Counted from the stretch's first letter, positions 1-9,426 are shown. The stretch is 64,000 nt of DNA from Candidatus Bathyarchaeota archaeon (GCA_030608565.1 JAUWDY010000004.1:14103-78102); one strand, 5' to 3'. The notes: generated by a model not told the origin, from the letters alone. A program made the numbers and translations.

Positions 1-506
1 GTTTTCCAGTCATACACCGACCTGACCCAGAAGACTACACAGTTCATACCCAATAATCTGGCGGCATATGACAAAGCGGTTCCCCATTGACCTGCTCCAG
101 TTTCAGTAGCAAGCGTTTCTTTCCCCTCTTTTGCTGCAAAATATGCTTGAACGATGGCAGTATTGGTCTTGTGGGATCCTGTTGGAGACAAGTCTTCTCT
201 CTTGTAGTATAATTTCGTCTTTTTTAATCCAAGATACTTTTCAAGTCTTCTAGCTCGGTGCAGCGGTCTCGGTCTGCCCATTTGAACGTAGAGCTCTCTT
301 ACCTCTTCTGGTATTGGAATCCATCGTTGACTTGAAGACTCTTGTTTCAGGCATTCTTTTATCATGGTTCTTGATAGAAATTCGAGGCGAGACGGGCCTT
401 CTTCCGGTTCCTTTGGAGGCGGAAGAGGTTCGGGCAAGTCCGATATGATGTTGTACCATTTTGTGGGCAACTCATCCACGGGAAGTAAAACCTGATTCTT
501 GTTCAT
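1..506 (-). CDS. trpB2: TrpB2-type tryptophan synthase beta-like PLP enzyme, N-terminal part (gene continues past window start)
   Basis: Own minus-strand translation from ATG at 506: MNKNQVLLPVDELPTKWYNIISDLPEPLPPP...YYKREDLSPTGSHKTNTAIVQAYFAAKEGKETLATETGAGQWGTALS. The SPTGSHKxNTA (PLP lysine) and GAGQWG motifs plus the N-terminal extension are typical of TrpB2. The frame is open to position 1, so it is missing from the ORF track. Confidence 0.8.
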   Translation of the reverse strand, partial: MNKNQVLLPVDELPTKWYNIISDLPEPLPPPKEPEEGPSRLEFLSRTMIKECLKQESSSQRWIPIPEEVRELYVQMGRPRPLHRARRLEKYLGLKKTKLYYKREDLSPTGSHKTNTAIVQAYFAAKEGKETLATETGAGQWGTALSYAARLLGMNCVVFWVRSVYDWK

Positions 507-567
507 GTTTTCACCAAGTATGAAGAGCATATTATAAACAGAGTGTAGAGATAAAGCTTTCACTCTT

Positions 568-1446
568 TTATGTAGACGGTTTTTCTGGTTTAGATAGAAT
601 CTCTATTGAAGTCAACATGCGTGAAGTGAGTTCCACCTGATCGGAAAAGCCCTTTCTTGCATACGCGTTTTTTATTTTGATCCAAGTTCCCGGTGTTAAA
701 TTCTTTACAATATTCACAAGTGTTCTCCACGCGGAAACCCAAATTTTTCCCGTGTCATCTTCCAGCTCAAAAGAGGAAACTGCAACCGTCTCACCTCTGG
801 ATGTGACAACATCCCTTGTTATTGGTGTAGTTGCCACAGTTCCTTCAACAGTGATGGGTCCATTCGCCTTCTTTACCTCAGCAATCTTTTTTGTTTCTTC
901 GTGGAAATCATTGATCGATGCATATTTATTCTCTAAGGCGTCAGAAGGAAGAGTTTGAATACTTCCCCGCAAGCCAACGTGTAACTCAAGCTTTCCACTT
1001 CGCCCCTCTCGCACATACCCATGTGAAACCCTTACTATCTGCTCCTGTTCAAAGCTTCCAGCCTCTACGAGGCTCGTTTTTTCATCCCAAAGAACAACCT
1101 TCAATGTTCCAGTTTTATCCGCGATGAGTAAATGCGCAACTCTGCCTTCTGTCCAATCTGAACGCGTGAAAGTCTTGGGAGGGTAAATAGCCATCACATG
1201 TCCGGTTACTGTTACGTCTCTTAACCCTGATACAAGGTCTCGGACTAAAACTTCGGATTGAAAAGGCTCGTGTCGAATTTCCAACCCCAACTCTGAAGCG
1301 ACGAGTCGCGCTGCAACTTCATTCGTGAAAAATCCCCTTGCTTCCCTTTTTTTCTTTTCGATCATCTTTAAGACTTTTTCGCGCGTAAGGGCTGGTCTGG
1401 ACGATAAAATTTGTACGATGACTTCATTGAAACTCATGTCGCTCAC
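568..1446 (-). CDS. RPA-like single-stranded DNA-binding protein (OB-fold repeats)
   Basis: 292-aa ORF. A helical N-terminus is followed by two OB-fold-like segments (VTVTGHVMAIYPPKTF..GRVAHLLIADKTGTLKVVLWDE and ITVEGTVATTPITRDVVTSRGETVAVSSFELEDDTGKIWVSAWR), as in archaeal RPA/SSB. Confidence 0.6.
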   Translation of the reverse strand: MSDMSFNEVIVQILSSRPALTREKVLKMIEKKKREARGFFTNEVAARLVASELGLEIRHEPFQSEVLVRDLVSGLRDVTVTGHVMAIYPPKTFTRSDWTEGRVAHLLIADKTGTLKVVLWDEKTSLVEAGSFEQEQIVRVSHGYVREGRSGKLELHVGLRGSIQTLPSDALENKYASINDFHEETKKIAEVKKANGPITVEGTVATTPITRDVVTSRGETVAVSSFELEDDTGKIWVSAWRTLVNIVKNLTPGTWIKIKNAYARKGFSDQVELTSRMLTSIEILSKPEKPST

Positions 1447-1527
1447 TAAAAATCGTGGCGTGTCGATTTAAATATATGTTTGTTGAACATCTAGAAATTT
1501 TAGGAAAAGATTTTGATCTAAAAACCT

Positions 1528-1713
1528 ATGGTATGTCAAAAGCACAGCAAGCGTTGCATGCATGCCCAGTGGTTCGGGGGCCTTTATGTGGATACCACCA
1601 CTTCCACGATAGGATTCGGTGTTGGGTCATATGCTTTTTGGATGATAATACTCGGTGTTGCTGTAACAGCTCTGGGCGTTGTTTTATTTGTTGTATTGCG
1701 GAACCGAACGTGA
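1528..1713 (+). CDS. small hypothetical membrane protein (start uncertain, possibly the ATG inside tgcATGcATGc at 1558/1562)
   Basis: ORF-track 61 aa with one clear hydrophobic helix (YAFWMIILGVAVTALGVVLFVVL). No recognisable family. Confidence 0.3.
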   Translation: MVCQKHSKRCMHAQWFGGLYVDTTTSTIGFGVGSYAFWMIILGVAVTALGVVLFVVLRNRT

Positions 1714-1720
1714 AAAAAGG

Positions 1721-1837
1721 CTATGTGGTTTTTTCTTCTCTGCCGTAAACCATGTATAAAAAGGCTAAAAATAACACGAGAAAGGCTACTACCATCATGA
1801 TGTTGATGATAATCGTGAAGTACGCTGCTATGTCCAT
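1721..1837 (-). CDS. very small hypothetical membrane peptide (38 aa)
   Basis: Own translation: MDIAAYFTIIINIMMVVAFLVLFLAFLYMVYGREEKTT, a single TM helix. Below the ORF-track size cutoff. Confidence 0.25.
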   Translation of the reverse strand: MDIAAYFTIIINIMMVVAFLVLFLAFLYMVYGREEKTT

Positions 1838-1875
1838 GACGGGTCCCTATCCCCTTATTTTTACAAGACACCTAT

Positions 1876-2286
1876 TTAAGGTGTAACCTTTTTCCACTCC
1901 TCTATCAAAGAGTCATACAGTTGGTCATTTTCCTCCACCAAATCATAAATTTCTAGGGCTTCCGCCAGCTTTTGTGCAATAAGATGATAACACAAATGAA
2001 TTTTCCTATTCATCGCACGGAAGTAAAAATCGTCGCAGGAACAAAAATCAGCGGCCGGCATGACAAGGTATTCTCGCTCTTTACCGACCACAATCCAAAC
2101 GACCCTACCACTCGGCTCAAAAACGTATTTTTTTATTCTTCTTTCGTTTAAGGCTTCCCAAGCTTTCGTAAATCGCGAGCCAAACACTGTGGAAAGTCGA
2201 CTGAGATGCGCTTTTATCACTCGGTTTTTCATTTTAGCTTCTTTGCAAACGTGTTTGAGCACTTCGGTCTCCGATGCTTTTTTCAT
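1876..2286 (-). CDS. SWIM zinc-finger domain protein
   Basis: CxCxnCxH signature in DFCSCDDFYFRAMNRKIHLCYHLIAQK near the C-terminus of a 136-aa ORF. Confidence 0.6.
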   Translation of the reverse strand: MKKASETEVLKHVCKEAKMKNRVIKAHLSRLSTVFGSRFTKAWEALNERRIKKYVFEPSGRVVWIVVGKEREYLVMPAADFCSCDDFYFRAMNRKIHLCYHLIAQKLAEALEIYDLVEENDQLYDSLIEEWKKVTP

Positions 2287-2496
2287 AGGTCTCTCTGTTA
2301 ACTATAATGTGAAAAATATAATAGCATTTATGCATGTGCTATTGCTCTGTCTCTTTGAAGATAATGGAATGTTATGATTTTCTATCTTTACAACCATTTA
2401 GAAAATAAAGTTCAGTTTAAGGAGTCTGAAGTGCGATCTTGAGGAGGCGTTGTTGTCGTTGTGTCTTCCCTAGTTTCGCTGAGCCTTTCTTTTTTC

Positions 2497-3123
2497 CTAT
2501 TCGATTTTTATCGGTTCTCCTTTTGTCTTCTTTTTCTCTCTAATTTTCGGTAGAGTAACCTCTAAGACTCCATTTTTATAAACCGTCTTAGCCTTGTTAG
2601 GAATGACCGCCACTGGCAACTTGATTTCTTTGAAGTATTTACGTTTAGGCGTGTCAACTGAGACAGTTAACGTGTTTTCTATTCCATGCAGTTTGATATC
2701 TTTCTTTTCAACCCCAGGCAATTCAGCTACAACTTTGACTTCATCGTTGGTGCTTACCACATCTACGAGTGGTTCACGTTCCTCTTTAACGTCAAAAGTA
2801 GGCCTTGTGAGCCCAAAGGCTTCGGGTTTAAGCGAAGGCTTGATGTTGCCAAATTCCCTTATCTTCGGTTTTCCATCTGGACCGACGGTCATACTGTAGC
2901 CGTAGACGAAGGGCCCCCACTCACGGATGGTTGAACCGTCTGGAAGCTTATGTTCACGTACCAAATCCTTTGGGACACGGGTGCGGAATTCCTTAAATTC
3001 TCTCTCCATTATCTCCTCCATGTCTTTGATCATCTCATCGATGTCTCCGAGAAACCAGCTTCCGAAATAGGGAAAGCGACGCATCCTTCTTCTGAACCAT
3101 TCTGGAAAATATTCCCAACTCAT
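2497..3123 (-). CDS. hsp20: Hsp20/alpha-crystallin family small heat-shock protein
   Basis: C-terminal alpha-crystallin domain: PLVDVVSTNDEVKVVAELPGVEKKDIKLHGIENTLTVSVD...AKTVYKNGVLEVTLPK. Confidence 0.85.
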   Translation of the reverse strand: MSWEYFPEWFRRRMRRFPYFGSWFLGDIDEMIKDMEEIMEREFKEFRTRVPKDLVREHKLPDGSTIREWGPFVYGYSMTVGPDGKPKIREFGNIKPSLKPEAFGLTRPTFDVKEEREPLVDVVSTNDEVKVVAELPGVEKKDIKLHGIENTLTVSVDTPKRKYFKEIKLPVAVIPNKAKTVYKNGVLEVTLPKIREKKKTKGEPIKIE

Positions 3124-3193
3124 AATCGTTCACCTTTGCCAAAAAAACACATAATTAGAATTCTATAAAAATCTATCCATTTTTAATACTTGT

Positions 3194-3409
3194 ATGTGGG
3201 CCGCTGAATGTTTGATTCGTGAAAGATGTATGTTAAGAATGATAGAGCAACTGGTAAAGCAGTTGGCTAATCCTAGTGAATTTTTCAATAGCGTGCGAAT
3301 CGAGAATTGGAAACCCGGCTTCGTTTTCTTTCTACATGCATCAAGAGTTATAGCAGAACAGAAAGAGCTAATAAACTTCTGGAAGACACAAAAGAAATAC
3401 TATGACTAG
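3194..3409 (+). pseudogene. possible N-terminal fragment of a Yip1-like membrane protein (speculative)
   Basis: MIEQLVKQLANPSEFFNSVRIENWKPGFVFFL resembles the cytoplasmic N-terminus of Yip1/DUF1282 proteins. The expected TM helices never follow. The sequence diverges at tacatgcat (3333-3341). Confidence 0.2.
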
Positions 3410-3430
3410 CCTTTCTGAACGAGGGTTGTA

Positions 3431-3592
3431 ATGGTGCACATTAGAACAGTCGCAGCCATTCTGATGTTGTTCGTCGTAACATTGCTCATTCTAAACAAAT
3501 TCTTAAGATCAGAATGGATATGGCTCATATCCATTGCTATAATGATAATGGCAGTTCTAATTTATTTCATTCCTCGGCTAAGGAAAATGTAG
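3431..3592 (+). CDS. small hypothetical membrane protein (53 aa)
   Basis: Own translation: MVHIRTVAAILMLFVVTLLILNKFLRSEWIWLISIAIMIMAVLIYFIPRLRKM, two hydrophobic helices. Confidence 0.3.
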   Translation: MVHIRTVAAILMLFVVTLLILNKFLRSEWIWLISIAIMIMAVLIYFIPRLRKM

Positions 3593-3704
3593 AGACCCTG
3601 TCGTCATTGCTGAGAGACTATTCATGAAAGCAAGCTACTGGTAGCCATAGTCTACAGAAGAAAACCTAAATCCAACTGTTGTTGAATCTTTCAGTGGTGA
3701 TTAC

Positions 3705-4031
3705 GTGTCTTTGACTTTACGTGATGCTCAGCATCTCTGTTGGAAAAACTTCAAGAGGATTAATGAGAGGCTTGACCCAAAAAGGAGTAAAGGCTGGACG
3801 CCTTTTGTCATGGTTACGGATTTACTTGAAGAGGCTGGCGAGGTGGCTGCTGCGGTCAAGGGGTTAGAAGGCTTCAAGCCGCCTGACAAGCCTAAAACAA
3901 AAGAGATGTTAGCCACAGAGCTCTCAGACTTGCTTTACATAATCTTCGTTTTGGCTGAGCATTACGGAATAAACCTAGAAGAATCGTTTCTGCAAACAGT
4001 AAACGACTACATACTCAGGTTCATAAGCTAA
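3705..4031 (+). CDS. MazG-like nucleotide pyrophosphohydrolase domain protein
   Basis: 108 aa. The EExxE-type acidic helix pairs (LLEEAGEVAAAVKGLEG ... ELSDLLYIIFVLAEHYGINLEE) are typical of the small all-alpha MazG/NTP-PPase family. Confidence 0.7.
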   Translation: MSLTLRDAQHLCWKNFKRINERLDPKRSKGWTPFVMVTDLLEEAGEVAAAVKGLEGFKPPDKPKTKEMLATELSDLLYIIFVLAEHYGINLEESFLQTVNDYILRFIS

Positions 4032-4283
4032 ACAAATGGGCACTGCTCCAACATCCCTACAAGATACATACGAGGATTTGTATGGAGACACCACACAGCA
4101 TTCCATGCCTACGTAGAGGTAGTCACTTGCTGCTGGGACATAGAAAACAGCTGGATCAGAAGTAACAGGTTTTCTGAAGTAGCACACTTAGCGCGCACAC
4201 TACTTAGTAGTCCTAATTGCGGTTTCATAAGCTTTAACTCCAATTATATTACGAACACTATATGAACAAGTAATAGGTGATTA

Positions 4284-4709
4284 GTGATGAAAATCCATAA
4301 ATTGATGGTTAAAGACGTTATTACTCTGCAAACAGATGCATCAGCTTATGACGCTGTAAAGCTTATGAATAAGAATAGAATAGGTTGCTTAGTGGCTTTA
4401 GATAACGGCAAGATCGTTGGGATTTTAACTGAAAGAGACCTGCTTGAAAGAGTTTTAGAAAAATGCAAGAATCCAAAAGAAACTAGGGTTTCAGAAATAA
4501 TGACAAGACAGGTCATAGTTGGAAAGCCAGACATGCAACTTGTCGAAGCTACAAGACTTATGTTTGAAAACAAAGTGAAGAAACTACCTATAGTAGAGGG
4601 AAACCGATTAGCAGGTCTAGTAACCTTGACCGACATAGCTCGCGCTACAAGTGTTGACAAAAAAACCTTAGAACTAATTGAAGCACTGTCAAACATGCAT
4701 ATGATCTAG
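4284..4709 (+). CDS. CBS domain pair protein
   Basis: Two CBS repeats (MVKDVITLQTDASAYDAVKLMNKNRIGCLVALDNGKIVGILTERDL and IMTRQVIVGKPDMQLVEATRLMFENKVKKLPIVEGNRLAGLVTLTDI). Confidence 0.9.
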   Translation: MMKIHKLMVKDVITLQTDASAYDAVKLMNKNRIGCLVALDNGKIVGILTERDLLERVLEKCKNPKETRVSEIMTRQVIVGKPDMQLVEATRLMFENKVKKLPIVEGNRLAGLVTLTDIARATSVDKKTLELIEALSNMHMI

Positions 4710-4781
4710 TAAGTCTATGCTGTTTGCGCGCGCAATTGTATGAAAGAGAGTTTTCGGTAAATCTTCTTGTTTAGGGCATTG

Positions 4782-6866
4782 TCACAATTTTCTGTGACGT
4801 TTTTCCCAGAAGTTCCTTATTTGTTCAGCGCAGTCGATTGAACCTCTCACGATTTTCATCTCCTTCTGGAAGTAGCTTGGGAGTTGCTGTTTGATGCTTG
4901 GGCGAGTGACACGCTCATCCAAGATGGCTATACATCCTTTATCACTGGATGATCGGTGAACTCGCCCACAAGTCTGAATCAGTCGAAGTATTGCAGGGGT
5001 TAGGTAAGCGTAGGTTCTGCCTTCTCTTGGAAACTGGCGACTGAAGTAACCTATCAAGGCCTTTTGATAAACAGTCCAAGTTGCATAAGGTAGGCCCACA
5101 GCTACTACGCATGTTAAGAGGTTGCCTGGATAATCTATTCCCTCACTGAACTTTCCACCCATAACCCCAAACAATACGTTGTCCGCTGACCTAGTTAACT
5201 GCTCCATCACCTCGCCTCTCTTAGTCCTGCGTTGTTCCACGATTTCTTTCCTGTCAGTTTTGACCAGTGGTAAAATGGTGTGCATCAGTGCGTAACTGGT
5301 GAAGAATACAGCCATATTGCCTCCATTCGCCTTGGATATGGCTTCAATATAGTCTTTCCACTTCTCAAGCATTTTGCTAGTCCTCTTTTCAAACCTTGAT
5401 GACACGTCCTTCGCGGCTAAAATCAGCCTATTCTCAGGCGGGAATGGAGAATCAAACTCTTTGAGATAGACGCCACCGTGGTTATGGAGCATCAAGTCTC
5501 TATAGACTTTTGGAGGAGAAAGAAAACCACTCATTAGGATGCTTCCCCGCGCCTGTTGCAAAACAGGATCTGTTATCTCTCTTCCATCGAAGCTCCTGAC
5601 CTCTAAAACGATTCTGCCCCTCCAATCCCTCCGAATCAAATGAATGTACGCCGATCCAACTTTTTCGAAGAAGTTCTCCATGAACTCGCCCACCCGGTGG
5701 TTGTAGCTGAAAATCCTCTCGTAGCCCTGTTCGCGTCGCGTCTCCCTCACATAATCTCCATATTCATGAAGTGTTTTTGCGGCTTCAGAACCGGATGCTC
5801 CACTTCGGTTAAGAAACACGTCACCAACTTCCTGGGGGTTAAGCCGCCTAAGCTTTTCTTTTATCAAGACCTCTCGGGCGCGTTCAAAAACCCCATCGTT
5901 TAACACGCTTAAATACTCTTGAACTAATGGGACAGCTTCATGCTCGAACGTTTCGGTTTCTCTGAGAGCCCCCTCCAACGTGTTTTGTGTCAAGCGGTCA
6001 GAAAGCAACCCCCTAGAAAACGCTGGAACATTGTGCGCCTCGTCCACAATAAGATAGACGTTAGACAAACTCACTCCGAAACTCTTTAGCAGCGCCTCCC
6101 TAACCGATGGATTAAAGGTGTAGTGGTAAGTTCCAAGGAAGATGTCCACTCGGTTGAGAACACGCTTTAACGCCTCATAAGCGCAGAACCCGTGCCGAGC
6201 CATTCGCCTAACTGCCTCTCTCGGAGCAAGAATTTTCCGGGCACAATCCAAGGCCAGTTCTTCAACTTCCTTCTTTCTTCTGTTTATGTTCCAATAAAAT
6301 TTGCAATAAGGCTTAATAGAGGACTCACAGTTATCCTTCAGCCTCCGACACTCCTCAAGAAAGTCAAAATAGGAGAGTTCGCCTTTTATGCGCAACGGGC
6401 ACATGTCCTGTTTGCTGAAAAAGGATACAGCCGAGGGGTTACTTCCAAGCGCCCTTAACTCTTTGAGATAAATGTGTAATTGGTTTCTGGTTCTGAAACA
6501 GATCAAGAGTTTGTTCTCTCCCAGCTGGGGCAAGACAGCCAGCAGGGAGGCCAGAGACTTTCCTATGCCGCAGGGAGCACTTACGAGAAGGATATCATTA
6601 GTTTTGATGGCTTTGGACGCTGATGAAATAAATTCCATCTGTCCTTTCCGCGGTTCATAGCCTTCAGGAAGCCAGTCCACCTTCGAGACTTTGCCTCGCG
6701 CCTTTTTTTCCAGTGCCTCGCGCATTCCATTAGGAAGCTTAGAAAACTTCCTATTAGACATTAGGTATGTTCCACAACTGCGGCAAAACCGGCTTTGCTC
6801 ATACTCTTGATAGGAATATCTCCTTCCACACTTTCGGCAAATATAGGCTTGAGGCAACTTCCTCAC
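4782..6866 (-). CDS. XPD/Rad3 (DinG-family) SF2 DNA helicase with N-terminal zinc ribbon
   Basis: Walker A VSAPCGIGKS, DEAH box IVDEAHNV, a Cys cluster between them (CPLR..C..C..C) consistent with an Fe-S domain, C-terminal motif QTCGRVHRS, and an N-terminal CRKCG..CRSCG ribbon. Confidence 0.8.
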   Translation of the reverse strand: MRKLPQAYICRKCGRRYSYQEYEQSRFCRSCGTYLMSNRKFSKLPNGMREALEKKARGKVSKVDWLPEGYEPRKGQMEFISSASKAIKTNDILLVSAPCGIGKSLASLLAVLPQLGENKLLICFRTRNQLHIYLKELRALGSNPSAVSFFSKQDMCPLRIKGELSYFDFLEECRRLKDNCESSIKPYCKFYWNINRRKKEVEELALDCARKILAPREAVRRMARHGFCAYEALKRVLNRVDIFLGTYHYTFNPSVREALLKSFGVSLSNVYLIVDEAHNVPAFSRGLLSDRLTQNTLEGALRETETFEHEAVPLVQEYLSVLNDGVFERAREVLIKEKLRRLNPQEVGDVFLNRSGASGSEAAKTLHEYGDYVRETRREQGYERIFSYNHRVGEFMENFFEKVGSAYIHLIRRDWRGRIVLEVRSFDGREITDPVLQQARGSILMSGFLSPPKVYRDLMLHNHGGVYLKEFDSPFPPENRLILAAKDVSSRFEKRTSKMLEKWKDYIEAISKANGGNMAVFFTSYALMHTILPLVKTDRKEIVEQRRTKRGEVMEQLTRSADNVLFGVMGGKFSEGIDYPGNLLTCVVAVGLPYATWTVYQKALIGYFSRQFPREGRTYAYLTPAILRLIQTCGRVHRSSSDKGCIAILDERVTRPSIKQQLPSYFQKEMKIVRGSIDCAEQIRNFWEKRHRKL

Positions 6867-6903
6867 ACATCATCACTCTACTACATGCAACATATGCTCT
6901 GGC

Positions 6904-7182
6904 TTAATGTGTGCGTGCATTCGCTAAATTCGATTTACTATAAATATTAACTAATCGTCGTTTTTTGCTGTGGCTGAGCGTTTTGATCTCTCGTTCTCTC
7001 TTCATAGCCTCGCTACGACTGTCGAACTCCTCCACGTACACTATCTTCTCAAACTGATGTACCCTCGTATACTTGGCGCCTTGACCCTTTCTATGCCGTT
7101 CAACTCGCCGTTCCACGTCCTTGGCGTATCCAGTGTAATAACTGCCATCTTTGCAAAGAAGGATGTAGACATAGTAAGGCAT
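6904..7182 (-). CDS. GIY-YIG nuclease superfamily protein (UPF0213-like)
   Basis: MPYYVYILLCKDGSYYTGYAKDVERRVERH..G.GAKYT is the classic GIY-YIG N-terminus. 92 aa. Confidence 0.85.
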   Translation of the reverse strand: MPYYVYILLCKDGSYYTGYAKDVERRVERHRKGQGAKYTRVHQFEKIVYVEEFDSRSEAMKREREIKTLSHSKKRRLVNIYSKSNLANARTH

Positions 7183-7390
7183 CCATCATCAACTCACAGC
7201 CAATAAACAAACCTAACAGTCTCTTTTAAAGAGAGTCGTATACTGCACAAGATTGGAATGCATGAATGCACTAAGGGAATTTCTACAGCGGAAAATAATA
7301 GACCTTAAATGTTCACATCGGGGGATGTCTTCACACTTATGTCCATAGAACCTCACACCCTGCAAGACAAGTTCGGAATGTTAAATCTAT

Positions 7391-7555
7391 CCCCCTACCC
7401 CCCCTCTATAGGGGGGTCTATAAAAGAGAGAATGAGTGACTGCGAAAAAAATTATAGGGGGGGCTATAGGGGGTCTATAAAAAGAGAGATACACACAAAT
7501 AACGTGACAAAACGGATAACCTCAAAACTCAACACTAACGAAACAGACACACTTT
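7391..7555 (+). repeat. copy A (internally duplicated) of a promoter-like G-tract/TATA core plus C/A-rich leader; no downstream ORF
   Basis: ccccctaccccccctctataggggggtctataaaagagag, then aaaaaaattatagggggggctatagggggtctataaaaagagagatacacacaaataacgtgacaaaacgg... Alignable by eye to 20257-20357 (reverse) and 53275-53441. Confidence 0.7.
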
Positions 7556-7599
7556 CCTTCATCTTTCGCTTCAAAAAATCTTGCCGTAACCTTAACCTA

Positions 7600-9426
7600 T
7601 CACCAAAACTGAGGTCTCTGAGACAAAAATCTAGGAAGCGTTAGAGACCTGAAAGGTTTACCCTCCAATTTCTCCTTCACTTCATCCATCAACTCACGAA
7701 GTGACATCTTTCTAATCTTCCTAGTCTCTCTATCTCTAACTGCAAGCATGCCAGAATCAACTTCCTTTTGGCCAATCACAACTATATAGTTGATCCACGC
7801 CATCTCCGCTTCTCTAACCTTCTTTTGCATAGTAATTGACCTATCATCCACATCAACTCTTATTTGATACCCCTCAATCTCATCTGCTATTTTTTCAGCA
7901 TCTTTGGCAAAACTATCTGAAACAGGTATCACCCTTACTTGAATAGGGGAAAGCCACAAAGGCAGACGAGGGATCTTTTGTTTCAACGCCGTGTCAAAGA
8001 CGGTGAAAATATACCGTTCAATTCCCCCTAAAACAGCAATGTGTAAGATTGGTGGGTAAACCTTCTCCCTGTTTCTGTCCACGAATTTTATACCAAATCT
8101 TCGTGCATTGCCAATGTCAATTTGGAAAGTAGCGATTTCTCGCGGTCTCTTCAACTCATCAATAATGTTATACTCGACGTTTATGACCCAGTAATATTTC
8201 TTTTCAGGAACAAAACGCAGCAGAACCGGTTTCTTCTCAATTTCAACCAACTGTCCTAGAAACTCTCGATTCTTCTCAAAGAAACTCTTCGTTAAGTTAT
8301 ACACCGAAACATAATCGTTTCCAAGTTCCCTTATCTTCTCGTAAATTTTCTTATGGACCCTTATTGAAACCTGCTTCGCATGTTCCAAACCTTTGCAGAA
8401 AATATGATAATCCGGCATGTAAAATCTTCTAAGCCTAAACCCTAGCAAACATTCACCCGACTGCTCCAACCTGTAACTATCAGCAATTTCAAACATTCCA
8501 AGCGGTATTTGCCTATAGCTAATTGTCCAATCTTTTATCATCGAAAATTGCTGAAAGCAAGCTGCATATTTTAGAACATACTCTTCATTGCCAACCCGAA
8601 CAGTATACAGTCTTTCACCAAACAAATCAGCATGTTCCTTAATCGCGGGAATATTCAGATTAAACAAATTCGTCCCTTTAATAGAAAAACTTGGTATTCC
8701 CAATTCAGTCACGCTTTGCCAAGCATAATCTCCAGCCAAATCAACCATCAACGCAGCTTTCGGACCATATCGCATATGACCAGAATCAGAACTCGACTCC
8801 CACTCAAACCCAAACTTCTTCAATACACTGATAAACCTAGGCTCTCCGCCAACAGCCTCTTTCTTAAAAGCCTCCTTTTCTACTAATGCCTTAAAATCTT
8901 CTTCACCCTTTCCGAATTTGTAATCTTCAGCGAGCACAGCTCTGCCATCTAGCGCTAATATTAAATACTCTGGCTTAGGGATTTTCCATTTCTTTTTCTT
9001 CTCTTCTTTTAATTCACCTGGCAGAATTATTTTCGCCTGCTCAGCTAGAGGATGCCCCTTTATTGAAATTGAAAACTGTTTGCACCAACCAAATGGAGCT
9101 CTATAGGTTTTGATGCCTACTTCCTTCGCATGTTTATCCATCGCTTTGACTATTCTTAAGGCAGTGATGGGGTTCGCCAAAGTGTTGCTCAGATGAGCGT
9201 AAGGGTATATCAGAATCCGGTTGACCTTCAATTTCTCAAGAGATGACTTAATTTCTTCTATTGCTTTTTTGGCAACAGTCTCGTCGTCTCCTTGCTCAAC
9301 ACAAGTGAATAAGACAATAAGCTCTTCGAGTCGATGCTTCTTTTTCTCGCATTCTTCAGCGATCGCCGCCTCTTTCTTTACAGGCTTATATTCTATGAAG
9401 TTTGAGTGCAGTTGAAGTATCCTCAA
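7600..9426 (-). CDS. thrS: threonyl-tRNA synthetase, archaeal type with N-terminal editing domain
   Basis: 608 aa. The N-terminus MRILQLHSNFIEYKPVKKE is typical of the archaeal ThrRS editing domain. A class II catalytic core and a C-terminal anticodon-binding domain follow (PIQVRVIPVSD...IRVDVDDR..MQKKVREAEMAWINYIVVIGQKE). Confidence 0.9.
   Translation of the reverse strand: MRILQLHSNFIEYKPVKKEAAIAEECEKKKHRLEELIVLFTCVEQGDDETVAKKAIEEIKSSLEKLKVNRILIYPYAHLSNTLANPITALRIVKAMDKHAKEVGIKTYRAPFGWCKQFSISIKGHPLAEQAKIILPGELKEEKKKKWKIPKPEYLILALDGRAVLAEDYKFGKGEEDFKALVEKEAFKKEAVGGEPRFISVLKKFGFEWESSSDSGHMRYGPKAALMVDLAGDYAWQSVTELGIPSFSIKGTNLFNLNIPAIKEHADLFGERLYTVRVGNEEYVLKYAACFQQFSMIKDWTISYRQIPLGMFEIADSYRLEQSGECLLGFRLRRFYMPDYHIFCKGLEHAKQVSIRVHKKIYEKIRELGNDYVSVYNLTKSFFEKNREFLGQLVEIEKKPVLLRFVPEKKYYWVINVEYNIIDELKRPREIATFQIDIGNARRFGIKFVDRNREKVYPPILHIAVLGGIERYIFTVFDTALKQKIPRLPLWLSPIQVRVIPVSDSFAKDAEKIADEIEGYQIRVDVDDRSITMQKKVREAEMAWINYIVVIGQKEVDSGMLAVRDRETRKIRKMSLRELMDEVKEKLEGKPFRSLTLPRFLSQRPQFW

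Noticed and set aside
250-459. 69-aa minus-strand ORF from the track
   Set aside because: It lies in a different frame inside the clearly conserved TrpB2 coding sequence (1-506). Its arginine/serine-rich translation has no family features.
7222-7236. Palindrome tctctttTaaagaga upstream of the GIY-YIG gene as another copy of the repeat core
   Set aside because: It shares only the aaagagag word with the repeat family, lacks the G-tract and leader, and is too short to call.
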